Shown here one piece after another: positions 11,183 through 24,586 of a stretch of DNA of 60,000 bases. The DNA is from Malacoraja senta (lineage: Eukaryota). A model generated the notes under the pieces. It was not told where the DNA came from. It saw nothing but the letters and a program-made list of their open reading frames with translations, and searched no databases. Where the stretch lies: NCBI GenBank assembly GCA_038087875.1, contig CM075988.1, positions 19,036,001-19,096,000 on the forward strand, in the 5' to 3' direction. How positions within the stretch are numbered: position 1 is the stretch's first letter; each line of letters begins with the position of its first letter. The translations under genes and the position numbers were made by a program.

Positions 11183-13331
11183 GGTGCAGGCTTGAGGGGC
11201 CGAATGGTCTACTCCTGCACCTATTTTCTATGTATCTATGTATCCATAGTTCGGATCGAACCCAGCTCTCTGGCAGCAACTCTAGAATGAAGTCATTAAT
11301 TTTGAGAAATCAAATAAAATTCTCAAATAACTGTATGCAATGGGCAGCATGCAAAGAAATATTTAGAAGCAGGAACTAAACTAAACTAAATGGCAAGGTA
11401 TAGTATCTTGCTCAAAAATAATTTATTTTAATCTCAAATACTGCAAAAAGCCTGGAGATATTCCTCCTAGGGTAAAAAAATCTACAAAGCACCAACCATT
11501 AAATGGTTATTCACTTTCATTATCAAACACTAATCACAAGCTGCTGGTGTTCCATTGATTGGTAAATGACTTCCAAATTATGCTTCTTTTATGCAGAATT
11601 AACAATGTCATGGTTTGATCACACAGTATTATACAATGAAATATGGGCATGCAAGGCTAATAGAAAATTATTTTGAGACACTTTTGATGTTCATACCGCA
11701 GCCCGATTTCAGCTGCTGCTTTCATTTCTCACAGATTAGTGCCTCGATTCCTAACAATCGTTTCAATGGATATTAGGGATGGTGAGACAGAAGCTGGCGT
11801 GATGCTCAAATAAACTCAGAGGGCTTGGACTAATGATGCAGAGATGTGAGATGTCAACCCGCCCTTGTTACCCACTGAACATAAAACATAGGACAGTACA
11901 GCAAGGGGACTGGCCCTTCAGCCCACAATGTCTGTGCCAAACACGATGCAGGGAATGGAGGGATATGTGTCAGGTGCAGACAGAGGAGATTAACTTGACA
12001 GTAAGACGACACAGATTGCTGAAGCAACTCAGCAGGTCAGGCAGCATCTCTGGAGATCGTGGATCTTGACAGTAGCTCTGCACCTGATCCATATCCCTCC
12101 ATTCACTGCCTACCCATGTGCCTATCTAAAAGCCTCCGAAAGGTTTATTAAGAAATGTAATAAGAAGGAAACGCCAATGCTGTTTTTTCAAGGAAAGACA
12201 CAAAGTGCTGGAGTAACTCAATGGGTCAGGCAACATCTCTGGAGAACATGGATAGGTGATGTTTCAGGTCAGGAACCTCAGAAGAAGGGTCCTAACCTGA
12301 AGCATCACTTATCCACAGATGGACGCAAAGTGCTGGAGTAACTCAACGGGTCAAGCAGCATCTCTGGAGAAAAAGGATGGGTGACGTTTCAGGTTGGGAC
12401 CCTCCTTCGGACAGAAAGTCAGGGGTGGGAGGGGAAGGTTAAAGAACTCTAGGCAAGAAAAGACCAGGATTAATCAGGGCCGGCCAGTCTATCTATGGAT
12501 GTGATATTTCAGGTCGGAAACCATCTTCAGACCTTTATTAGATCTGAATAAATTTTGAATTAGGAAATCTGGATTTGCGGTACAGTAGTTGATTCTTCAC
12601 TGCACTATGAAGTGGCCCAGCAGACCTGAATTCAAGATCAATAAAGAATAAGCAACAAGGGGAAAAAAAAAAAAAATGCCAGGGCTCGTAATCTGAAATA
12701 AAAACAGAAGAGGTTGGAAACACTGAGTAGGTCAGACACCACCAGCGGGGTCCACGTGTCAAGTCTGTGACCCTTTTTAGGATGAAAAGGGTGATATCTG
12801 ATGTCAGTGACACCTCATCTCATGAAGGGGTAGAAGAAGCATGGACTGCAGGGCAGCACGGTGGCGCAGCGGTAGAGTTGCTGCCTTACCGCGCCATAAT
12901 GGACGGTAAAGATCGTTTGTGATGGACTACAATTCACGATCTTACTGAGAAGTGGCGGAGAGACTAGAAATCAAGTTTGAAACGGAAACAGAATAAGTCA
13001 AGTGTCCGTTCTCTGTAGCAGAACACCAGTTGCTGAGTAACATCGACTGCCGAGCTGGAAAGGGTTTCTCCAGGCTTGTCAGTCCCTGAATAGCCCGGGC
13101 TTTAAATCTGCTTCTTTTCACCAGGAGGTGATGTAACTTCAGCTCACAGCGGAGAGCATCTATATTACAGAAAGCATCGTTCTGTGGGCTATTCCTGTTG
13201 TCATGGCCACACCATAGTTATTGTCTGCCTCGGTGGGAAATTCAGGCTGATATAAAACAAAAGGATAGATATGCAAATCTTGCTACAGCACTCTCTGAGG
13301 AAACTAACCCACTTCGATAATGCTTGGATGG

Positions 13332-13560
13332 GTTTTAGTTTTAGTTCAGAGATACAGCGTGGAAACAGGCCCTTCGGTCCACCGAGCCCATGCTGACCAG
13401 CGATCCTCGTACGCAAGCATTATCCTTCGCACACTAGGGACAATTTATAATTTTTACCGAAGCCAATTGACGTACAGACTTGTACGTCTTTGGAGTGTGG
13501 AAGGAAACTGGAACACCCGGAAAAAACCCATGTGGTCACAGGGAGAATGTACAGACTCCA
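13332..13560 (-). mobile_element. HE1-like V-SINE (partial)
   Basis: Reverse complement of the SINE tail and V-domain. Confidence 0.75.
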
Positions 13561-13653
13561 TACCCATCATGAAATTCCATATATCCACCTCCATCTTACT
13601 GTCATAGAGTCATAACACCATACAGCGTGGAATCAGGCCCTATGGCCCAACTT

Positions 13654-14058
13654 TAGAAGATTGAGGGGGGATCTTATAGAAACGTACAAAATTCTTAAGG
13701 GGTTGGACAGGCTAGATGCGGGAAGAATGTTCCCGATGTTGGGGGAGTCCAGAACAAGGGGTCACAGTTTAAGGATAAGGGGGAAATCTTTTAGGACCGA
13801 GATGAGAAAAACATTTTTCACACAGAGAGTGGTGAATCTCTGGAATTCTCTGCCACAGAAGGTAGTTGAGGCCAGTTCATTGGCTATATTTAAGAGGGAG
13901 TTAGATGTGGCCCTTGTGGCTGAAGGGATCAAGGGGTATGGAGAGAAGGCAGGTACAGGATACTGAGTTGGATGATCAGCCATGATCATATTGAATGGCG
14001 GTGCAGGCTCGAAGGGCCGAATGGCCTACTCCTGCACCTATTTTCTATGTTTCTATGT
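13654..14058 (+). mobile_element. CR1 3' fragment, same subfamily as the ORF2 at 8190-10945
   Basis: RGDLIETYKILKGLDRLDAG…EKAGTGY* followed by a (tttctatg)n tail. Confidence 0.92.
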
Positions 14059-14142
14059 TTGCCCACACCGACCAACATGCCTCAACTACACGAGTCCCAC
14101 TTGCCTGCATTTGCCTATATCCTCAAAACCTATCCCATCCAC

Positions 14143-14402
14143 TTCTGAAAATAGGGGGGGTGGGTGGGGGGGAAGAGCTAGAGGCGAGAAAATACCAGGA
14201 CAAATCAGGGTTTGCAACAAATGACCTCAGGCAGGGTGGTGCCCTGGTAGGCCCATTGTTGGCTGGGGAAGGGGTGATCTAAAGAGAGATACAACGTGGC
14301 AAACTGTGGAATTGGTTAAATGACTAGGGTGGAGGCAGGGGGCAAGAAGGGAGGGAAAGGGAGTGTTAGTAGAAGTTACTTGAGAGTAGAGAATTCAACA
14401 TT
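14143..14402 (-). mobile_element. Penelope-like element 3' remnant
   Basis: The minus strand reads …NVEFSTLK*, resembling Penelope ORF ends, followed by a pyrimidine-rich 3' region like the one at 24590-24930. Confidence 0.5.
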
Positions 14403-14654
14403 TAAAACAAGTTAAAAACTAAATGTGAAAAAAAAGTTAGTTTCAGGTTGCAAAGAGGATGGGGAAGGGGTGGATAGGACACAGAGAATGCTTATGAAAC
14501 CACAAATACTTAACACACCAGGTCACACTAGTGGGGGCAGAATGCAGTTAATGTGATCAGAGCAGGTCATAATTTAAAGTATCCTGGCCGTTCATACGTG
14601 TATAAAATAAAACATTGTCGCTTAGAGTCTTGGGTAACAAATCTGTACAGCACA

Positions 14655-14958
14655 CAAATGTGAATAAAGGGAGGCCATTTAAGTCTGAGGTGAGAAAAAA
14701 CGTTTTCACACAGAGAGTTGTGAATTTGTGGAATTCCCTGCCACAGATGGCAGTGGAGGCCAAATCACTGGATGGATTTAAGAGAGAGTTAGATAGAGCT
14801 CTAGGGGCTAGTGGAATCAAGGGATATGGGGAGAAGGCAGGCATGGGTTATTGATTGGGGACGATCAGCCATGATCACAATGAATGGCAGTGCTGGCTCG
14901 AAGGGCCGAATGGCCTCCTCCTGCACCTATTTTCTATGTTTCTATGTTTCTATGTTTC
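14655..14958 (+). mobile_element. CR1 3' fragment
   Basis: KGRPFKSEVRKNVFTQRVVNLWNSLP followed by a (tttctatg)n tail. Confidence 0.88.
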
Positions 14959-15711
14959 TAAATTGGCCCTTCAGCCCAACTTGTCCATGCCAACCAAATT
15001 GGCATGTTGGGTCAGACCCATTTTTTTGCATTTGGTCCATAGCCCTCTAAAGTCTTCCTATTCATACATCTGTCCAAAAGTATTTTAGAAGTCATAATTG
15101 TAATGTATCTGCCGCTACAGCTTCCTCTGGCAGCTCGTTCCACTTATAGTCACTGATAATATATCCTCTCTCACCTTAAACCTATGTCCTCTAGTTTTAG
15201 AATCCTCTACCCTGGGAAAAAGACTGTGAGCATTCACTTAATCCATACCCCTGATGTTCTTGTACACCTCAATAAGGTCACCCCTCAGCCTCCTGTATTC
15301 CAAAGAAAAAAAGTCCTATTTTGAACGTTAAAGAGACAAGGAGCAGTAATAGTGCAAATAATTATTTAGAACTCTTGGGAGTGGAGGTAGAGGGGGACAG
15401 AGTTTGAAGTTCACAAATCCAATGTTCAATAGAGGAACGAGGAGATAGTGAAAGTTGCAGAAAAGAAACAAAATAGCTACAGGACTAGCCATGGTGCTCA
15501 TGGATTTCTTGCAGCACGGCAGTAAAATGAGAAGCTGCCAACATCAAACTGAGATGCTAAGACACAGAGCAGTGGACCAGAACGCCAGCGGCATAGAGGG
15601 ATGCACCGAATCAATACTTGGAATCAGTCCCAGGAAAACAAATGTTACCACCACATGAACTGGAGGAGCCAAGAGTCACGCAATCAAGACTCGCCAATGA
15701 TCCATGTGAAG

Positions 15712-15860
15712 CTCATCATAATCCTCCTCTGCAGATGGCTGTGGGTTGAGGATGACTGCTTCCACTCCACTCCTCTGGGTCCTGAGGTGTCTGATGGAGC
15801 CAAGCGGAGACCCGTAGACTTTGCTGCAGTATGGCCAGCAAAGGCATTGCAAGTCGCAGA
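15712..15860 (-). mobile_element. RTE LINE 3' remnant
   Basis: The minus strand reads C..KVYGSPLGSIRHLRT, like the RTE C-terminal Cys/His motif, then gtcatcctc and a (gat)-rich tail. Confidence 0.55.
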
Positions 15861-15947
15861 TCTTCACCCAGGCTTCTTTGCACTCCAACTGAATCAACCT
15901 CCGAGGGTCTCACAGCTGGGAGAACATGGATAGGTTTCTCCAGCACC

Positions 15948-16247
15948 TTAGTTTAGTTTAGAGATACAGCGCGGAAACAGGCCTTTCGGCCCACCGAGCC
16001 CGCACCGACCAGCGATCCCTGCACACTAACACTATCCTACACACACTAGGGACAATTTACAATTTTACCAAGCCAATTAATCTACAAACCTGTATGTCTT
16101 TGGAGTGAGTGAGTTAAACCGGAGCACCCGGAGAAAACCCACGCAGGCCGCGGGGTGAACGTACAAATTCTGTACAGACAGTGCCCATAGTCAGGATTGA
16201 ATCTGGGTCTCTAGCGCTGTGAGGCAGCAGCTCTACCGCTGCGCCAC
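15948..16247 (-). mobile_element. HE1-like V-SINE, full length
   Basis: Reverse-complement head, V-domain and CR1-like tail. Confidence 0.85.
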
Positions 16248-18281
16248 TTGTGGAAATCAACTTAGCCATTTGTCTTTAGATGTTTCCCTGTAAGACTCAT
16301 CCTAAGGATTAATTCCTACTCCTTTTCCACATACCGCTTCAACATTTAGTACCTCAAGGACTTACTCGATTTCTTTACAGAAGCAATATTTGATTCTTCC
16401 CCTCCTTATATCACACCTTCACAAAACAAACATCTCCAAACCTTTGGTCTTTTCCTGATGAGCTCAATTTTATTATGTCCCAACGCAAGTGTTTTCCCCA
16501 TTTATTCTGAAGGCCGCTCTCTGTCAGATCTCTGTATTTGTGAAGATGTCCTGCAATTTCTCAACCCCTTCCTCAACGTTAGATAGTGTTTCAGTGAATT
16601 TTTACTGTGGATAGACGTTGTCGCCTATTGCAGGGAGAAAACTATCCTGCTATATTGTACGTCTTTTTATCTTGAATCTACGCTCTACAACATGGAAACA
16701 GGCCCTTCATGCCGACCCTCGATCACCCGTTTGTACTATCTACGTTATCCCACTTTTGCATCCACTCCCTGCACACTATGGGCAATTTACAGAGTGCTAA
16801 TTAACCTACAAACCTCATATCTTTGGAATGCGGGAGGAAACCGGAGCGCCCGGTGGAAACCCACGTGGTCACTGGAAGAAATGTGCAAACTCCACATAGA
16901 CACCATCTGAGGTCAGGATCGAACCTGAGCCACTGCTGCTGAAAGACAGCAGTTCTATCAGACGTGTAACTCTGCTGCCTATTCTTCAAATATAAAACGT
17001 AATATTTCGGTTTCCTCACCCGTCACAATAAATAACACATCACAACTGCCCCACATAAATCCTGTACAAAATATCATTGTTCTTGAAATGAATTCAGTTT
17101 TAATTTACTCTCCATGAGATTTTAAGTTGAACTATTGGAATAAATGTGTTCAGCATCATTTTACTCCCCACGGTGCTTCTGATTTATATTTCATAATATC
17201 TGTTGGTTTACAGAAATATTTTTATAAAACTATTTCTTCGTTTTATATTGTTAGTACATCAAAGAGACATCTTTGCCTCCTTCCTTCTTGGGTGAATTCG
17301 ATTGTGGAATGGTGATGATTAATGTCTTTGTGGAGATGCTCTACATCACGACGAGCAATAATATTCCATCCACTTATCTGTCAGAGAAAAGGTACAAGAT
17401 AAATAACCCAATAACAGGAGAGAAAGCAGAGGGAAACAAGGAATCAGCAGGAAAAGTTGAGAGATAGATCAAACGCCCCACATTTGAGAACAAGCCATCA
17501 ACAGATAGAATAACACCCGCACCTGGCAGTCAAGAATTATAAGTTCGCCTTCAGAAATACAATTATGCAAAGGGGAGGTTTAATGTTCCCATTAAATCTG
17601 GATTTGAAAACCGAACGACGACAGTATGGGCTGGAATTGCCGGGGAATAGATCACACATACCACCGAGCAAATGTAAACAAAAGAAGGATGTGAGAAATA
17701 CATTAATTACTTGCACCGGTACGCTAGATGCATCATATACCTTCACTAGGAGGTTACCTGCTGACTCCAGTTCAGTTCAGTGTAGTTTATTGTCACGTGT
17801 ACCGAGTTACAGTGAAAAGGTTTTTGTTGCGTTCGAACCAGTCAGCAGAAAGACAATACACGATTACAATCAATCCATTTACAGTGCATAGATACATGAT
17901 AGGGGAATAACATTTAGTGCAAGGTAAATAACCAGCAAAGCCCAGTCAAGGATAGTCCATGGGACATCAAAAAGGTAGATAGTAGTTCAGCACTGGTCTC
18001 TGGTTATGGTAGGATGATTCAGTTGCATCTACACTGCATGTTGCCTCAGAAAAGCAGCAGGTATAATCAAAGAAGTGTCCCACCCCAGTCATTCCCCTTC
18101 TCCCTGATCCCGTCAGGCAGAAGATACCAAAGCTTGAAAGTATGGACCACCAGACGTAGAAACAGCGTTCCTCCCCCTATTCTCAGGCTTATGAATGCTC
18201 CTTCCAAATGCTAGGGTACTGTCTGATTCAGTTCTGCCACCATGAGGACATTGGGCTTTGTCTATGGAATTAATGCACCAC

Positions 18282-18335
18282 GGGGTGGGAGATTGCAACC
18301 TTCACGTGGTCCGCCCTGTTTTGGCTAATGTAATC
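18282..18335 (+). ncRNA. Putative HDV-like ribozyme
   Basis: P1 GGGGUGG/CCGCCCU, P2 GAUUGCA/UGUAAUC, P3 ACC/GGU, L3 UUCACGU, J4/2 CUAA (C18325). Confidence 0.78.
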
Positions 18336-18422
18336 AACCTGGCGTGCACAATCAAATAAGGTCAAATAGAACAAGTTGTCCTACAACTTTAGGCTGTGCA
18401 CGCCATACGCAAGAAGAAGAAG
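18282..18422 (+). mobile_element. ~140-bp ribozyme-headed short retroelement, copy 1
   Basis: TSD aatgcaccac (18272-18281 / 18423-18432), (gaa)n tail, and homology to the copies at 26254 and 36922. Confidence 0.9.
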
Positions 18423-19136
18423 AATGCACCACAATGCTGAGAACTATATTCTGCACCCTGTACCTTTCCCTTTGCTCTACCTATTGTACCTGGATTTGAC
18501 ATGAATGTATTTACTTATTGTATTATCTAATCTGATTGAACAACATGCAAAACCAAAGCTTTTCGCTGTACCTCGGTAAAAGGGATAATAATAATAAACC
18601 AAAACCTAAAAAAAGAAACTTTGAGTTAATGCAATGAATGACACACATCTAAATATGTAATACTCAATAATACACTCATTATTAACCATAATATTAGATA
18701 GCCATAATAGTGCATAAAAACGAAGGAACGATAGACACTGTCCATCGAAGGTCATGCTGTAGTTGCCAAGGTTAGTGTTGTGCAGTGTTCAAGAGCCTAA
18801 TGGTTGCTGGAAAGAAGCTGCTCTTGAACCTGGAGGTCACCGTTTCTAAGCCTCCTTCTTGTACCTTCTTCCCAATTGTAGTAGTGATATGAATGAGTGG
18901 CCAGGGTGGTGTAGATCTTGATGATACTAGTTGCCTTTTCAGGCAGCGCCTCCTCTAGGTCTCATCGATGGTGGGGAGGTCAGTACCTGTGATGGACTGG
19001 GCAATGTCTACCATTCTCTGCAGTCTCCCTCATTGCTGGGGATTCTAAATCAGGCCGTGACAAAAGAAACGCTCAGTATGTTCTCTACCATACACCTGAA
19101 GATGTTCAATAGAATATTTGGTAACATACTAACTCT

Positions 19137-19438
19137 GACAGTGGCATAGCGCCAGAGACACTGGTCCGATCCTGACTATGGTTGTTTGTCTACACGGAGT
19201 TTGTACATTCTCACCGTAACCTGCGTGGGTTTTCTCCGAGATCTTCGATTTCCTCCCACACTCCAAATATGTTCAGGTTTGTAGGTTAATTGGCTTGGTA
19301 TTAATGTATAAATGCAAAATTGTCCCTGGTGTGTGTAGGACAGTGTTAACGGGCGGGGATCGCTGGTCGGTGTGTAATCGTTGGACCGAAGGGCCTGTTT
19401 CCGCGCTGTATCTCTAAACTAAACTAAACTAAACTAAA
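19137..19438 (+). mobile_element. HE1-like V-SINE
   Basis: V-domain and (aaact)n tail. Confidence 0.82.
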
Positions 19439-20144
19439 ATCTTTTAGGAAGTAGAGACATTGATGGATCATTGTTAAGATTGCATCAATGTGCTGGGTAT
19501 TGGACAGATCTTCAGAGATATGCATTTGCAGAAAGTTAAAGCAGTTGATTCTCTCCACTATGCCCATTGCACAATTAATACCAATAAATCCAATATCTCG
19601 GCTGTTAACTGGACATTATAGGATTGCTTTTTTGTTCGAGCTTGCTGTGTACAAACTGAATGGTGCGTTTTCTGCTTTGCAATTATGACATTACTTCAAA
19701 AAGTATTTCATTGCCTTTGGAAGGTCTGGAGGTCGTGAATGGAACTGGATAAATGTAAGTCTGTCAAGTCTTTACTTTAGAGATGTCATGCATGTCTGAT
19801 TCCTTCCAGGCCACGCCTGATCTCTTCCGCCCCCTCCAACTCTTAAATGTCAACTGCACAGATCTAGACCTCGTGGTAACAACCAACATCACAGCATTGA
19901 AACAGTATTTCACAGCACAGCGACTCTCTCCAAGAAATGTGGCAACTACACATTGACGATGCCCTTTAATTTTTTCAACGTTTGGCTGCTTTTGGACATA
20001 ATGTTAAAAATAATTACTTGCGCAAAAAGAGGAGTGAAGCTGATCAAAATTAGGCTAAAAATTCTTCTGAACAGCTCAAGCATAAATTCACCAATGTGAG
20101 AATGTTGGCTCTAGCAAGGAAACGAGTGTGCTGTTAGTACACAG

Positions 20145-20578
20145 TCATAGAGTCATAGGGTGTTACAGTGTGGAAACAGGCCCTTCGGCCCAACTTGTCC
20201 ACACCAGCCAACATGTCCCAGCTACACTAATCCCACCTGCCCGTGTTTGGTCCATATTCCTCCAAACCTGCCCTATCCATGTACCTGTCTATGTTGGGAT
20301 AGTGCCTCAACTACCTCCTCTGACAGCTTGTTCCATACACCCACCAGTTACCCCTCAGATTCCAATTCAATCTTTTCCACTTCACCTATGTCCCCTGCTT
20401 CTCGATTCACATACTCTGGCCAAGAGACTCTGTGCAACTACCCGATCTATTCCTCTCGTGATTTTATACACCTCAAAAAGATCACCCCTCATCCTCCCAG
20501 CCTATTCAACCTCTCCCTATAGCTCAGACCCTTTAGGCCTGGTTACATCCTTGTAAATTTTCTCTTCACCCTTTCCAG
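20145..20578 (-). mobile_element. CR1/HER1 3' fragment
   Basis: Reverse complement of the same CR1 end seen at 58440-58875. Confidence 0.75.
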
Positions 20579-20856
20579 CGGGTCCGTAGGAGTTCGTGGA
20601 TATCTCGTAGCGACTCGTAATGCTAACGGTAAGTACTCGGGACATCCGGTAAGCTCGTGACATTTTTTCATCCATGTAAAAAATGTCCACGAGTAAAAAA
20701 ATACTTGTGATGAAAAAAATGGTTACTTTTTACTCGTACGAGCCACTACGAGACATCTACGAACTCCTAGGGACCCGTTACGGACATTCTCCGAGTTCGA
20801 ATCAGGGGAAAACTTGGGAGAACTCGTGAATTACCTCATACAGTGGGACAGGGGCT
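20579..20856. mobile_element. PIF/Harbinger-like MITE, one end only
   Basis: Ends cagtgggacaggggct followed by TTA. The interior is related to 40931-41246. Confidence 0.65.
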
Positions 20857-20921
20857 TTAGTTGTTAAGAGTATATTGCTCACAACACTACTAAATTGTGT
20901 TAAAAACAATCCAACCTGGAA

Positions 20922-21242
20922 CAGTGGCACACAGTGGCACAGCTGGTAGAACTACTGCATCACTGCGCCAGAGACCCAGGGTCGATCATGATCTCGGGTG
21001 CTGCCTGTGTGGAGTTTGCATGTTCTACCTATGACCACGTGGGTTTCCTTTGGGTGCTCTGGTCTCCACCCACATCCCAAAGACATGTGGGTTTGTGGAA
21101 TAATTGTCCTCTGTAAAATTGACCCGAGTGTGTAGAGAACAGATGAGAAAATGGGATAAAATAGGCATGATGTGAAAAGTTGTTGAAAGGTTGGCATGGA
21201 CTCGGTGAGCCAAAAGATCTGTATCCTTACTGTATCTCTAAA
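20922..21242 (+). mobile_element. HE1-like V-SINE (older copy)
   Basis: Head and V-domain are recognisable. Confidence 0.75.
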
Positions 21243-21667
21243 GTAAGCATCTTTGTATTATTTAGGAAGGATAAAGGCTGACAGATGACTGGTGAAAAAA
21301 TTACCATACCTTAACAAGGCTACATTTTTCATTTGTTGTTGTCAAACGATTTGGATATACATTGTTCTTTTAATTTTTTACTCGTGCATACAGACCTAAA
21401 AAAAGTGTTTTATTTGCACACTCAGGCAAAAGATTGTGCCCAGAAACTCATCCCTGATATAAATAAATAAAATTGTGAGAGGCATGGATAGGATGGACTG
21501 TCAGATTCCTTTTTCACAGAGTTTGGTTTAGTTTAGGTTAGAGATACCGCACGGAAACAGGCCCTTCGACCCACTGAGCCAAGATTCAAGATTCAAGAGA
21601 GTTTATTGTCATGTGTCCCAGATAGGACAAAGAAATTCTGGTGTTGCTTCAGCACAACAGAATATAG

Positions 21668-22283
21668 CATTGAGTATAGAAGTTGGGATGTAATGTTAAA
21701 ATTGTACAAGGCATTGGTGAGGCCAATTCTGGAGTATGGTGTACAATTTTGGTCGCCTAATTATAGGAAGGATGTCAACAAAATAGAAAGAGTACAGAGG
21801 AGATTTACTAGAATGTTGCCTGGGTTTCAGCAACTAAGTTACAGAGAAAGGTTGAACAAGTTAGGGCTTTATTCTTTGGAGCGCAGAAGGTTAAGGGGGG
21901 ACTTGATAGAGGTCTTTAAAATGATGAGAGGGATAGACAGAGTTGACGTGGATAAGCTTTTCCCACTGAGAGTAGGGAAGATTCAAACAAGGGGACATGA
22001 CTTGAGAATTAAGGGACAGAAGTTTAGGGGTAACATGAGGGGGAACTTCTTTACTCAGAGAGTGGTGGCTGTGTGGAATGAGCTTCCAGTGAAGGTGGTG
22101 GAGGCAGGTTCGTTTTTATCATTTAAAAATAAATTGGATAGTTATATGGACGGGAAAGGAATGGAGGGTTATGGTCTGAGCACAGGTATATGGGACTAGG
22201 GGAGAATACGTGGTCGGCACGGACTAGAAGGGTCGAGATGGCCTGTTTCCATGCTGTGATTGTTATATGGTTATATGGTTATA
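21668..22283 (+). mobile_element. CR1 3' fragment (different subfamily)
   Basis: IEYRSWDVMLKLYKALVRPILEYGVQFWSP… followed by a (gttatatg)n tail. Confidence 0.92.
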
Positions 22284-24586
22284 TAGTAGGCATAAATAAA
22301 TACAGAACAGATCAGTGTGACCACATACCATTGACCATCCATGCCGACCATCTATCCCCACACATTAACACTATCCTATACACACTAGGGACAATTTAAA
22401 GATAAACCAAGCCAATTAACCTACAAACCTGTACGTCTTTGGAATATGGGTGGAAACCGGATATCCTGGATGAAACCCACACAGGTTTTGGGAAGGACAA
22501 ATAAACTCTGTACAGGCAAGCACCTGTAGTCAGGATTGAACCCAGATCTCTGGTGCTGTAAGGCAGCAAGTCTACCGCTGCACCACCATGCTGCCCAAAA
22601 TTTCAAAGATTTGAGGGCATAGGTTTAAGGTGAGAGGGCATAATGTATAAAGGAGCTGTGCAGGGCAAGTTTTTTTACACAGAGAGTGGCGCACATTGCA
22701 AGGGATGGTGGTCGAGGCAGATACAATAGTTCTGTTTAAGAAGCGCTTAGACACACGGATATGCAGAGAATGAAGGGATATGGATCACATACAGGCAGAG
22801 GAGATTACTTTAACTTGGCATCATATTTGACACAGACATTGTGGGCTGAAGGGCCTGTTCCTATGCTATACTGATCAATGTTCTATGAGTCCAGCAATGG
22901 AGTATGAACTTTCAGGTATTTAAGACGTTAAACTATTGAAGGGACTACAAGCCATTACAGTGGAGAGGAGAAGTTATGTGCATGAATGTAAATAATACCA
23001 CATTACAACCTTTTTAATTAATTGAGTGCAGCAAAGTGATTTTAATTATTTTGAACATGTTTTTGTTTATTTTTAGAATCATGAAGACTTTGGGAAATGT
23101 TAATTGATTTTCAATTGTGTTCAAATGATTCTGTGTTTTGAATGTATCTGAATGTTTTTTATATTCTGATTGGTTAAGGTGCATGTTACTTGTCAAGTTC
23201 TTTAAAATACAGTGTACGTGTGGAATAATGTAATAGAGAAGGTTTATACCAAAGATTGACCCAAAGTGCAGGAAAAACTCAGCAGGTCAGGCAGCATCTC
23301 TGGAGACGCGAGTCTGAGTCTGAAGATTTGGTCCCGATGCGAAACACCACCTATTCATTTTCTCCAGAAATGCCGCCTGACCCACTGATTTACTCTGGCA
23401 CTTTGTGTGTCTCCAGTGTACGTGCGGAGCTTATTCATTTTCTACCAGCAAGTCCACGAAAGGTAGCTTTGTATTTGCAATGGGTCAGTGATGACCACAG
23501 GAAGATAGCCATTAGTAGTCACGGGGGACACTAAGTCAAGTTGTAAACTAGAAAGCTGAAATGAAGTCCATCTTTGAATGAAACTGAAGCACACCATACA
23601 AATGAATTGTATAACAGTTGAGGTGGACAGAACATAAAATAAAAATTAATGCGCAAAAATGTCCCATGTTACATCATCCTCAAAGCAACATGTTAATGCA
23701 GTTGTAAATAAATGATCTATTTTGGAGCTCATTCTTCAAACCATTCTTACAACCCATATGGCCAACAATATCAATAATACCAAGAATATAATCAATAATT
23801 GAACCTGAGTCACTGTGGGAAAGGTTCTTTTTTTAATAAGACTGTGATGAGGAATAAATCCAATATTCTTATCACAACAGAATAAAAAATCCTCCAAATA
23901 TTATACTCTATAAACAAGTTGTCAGAATTGAAGACATCAAAAACATGTTCATTCTGTTATATTTTGATGGGATTTTACTACACATTCAGAGATAAGAATA
24001 GAAAATAGTTTTTATTGGATTGTGGTGTCAAAGAGAAATGATGGGTACAATCAGACAATGATATATTCTGGTACCATGGATATATAAAAAATTGCATTTG
24101 CAATTGTAACTGTCTCAGTTAATAGTACAACGCTTTGATTTTTCAAATTGTGCTTTTCACACATGTCATTAAAATTAAATGGGATTGTTAAAATGTTCAG
24201 CTGGAGATTAACTCAAGCCATGCAATTAGAATGGATAACAAAATATGCAAGGAGGTTTGCATGGAACATGATTTTTCAATTTGGAACAGGAATGGGCCGG
24301 GTGCGCAGCGAGGTGCTAAAAGATAGAAGGGGCATTGTCAATTAAAAATAAGAAAATAATAAGAAAGTCAAAGATGGGAAAAACGATTAGTTGGCATCAG
24401 TATCTACAGCAGGGGGTGACATGATATTCTGCACATCCAGAGAAAATTAACATTGGATCAAAGACAGAGATGCGCCAACGCTAACATAGAAATCTCAAAA
24501 TAGAAAAAAGTAGTAGGTTCCTGGTATGAGATGGATTCTATTAAAGGTTTGGAAGGAAGATGCGCCAACTATAATGTTCTGAACAA

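Noticed and set aside
12930..12950. ggactacaattcac as a ZNF143-associated promoter motif
   Set aside because: The match is imperfect, with no CpG island or downstream exon.
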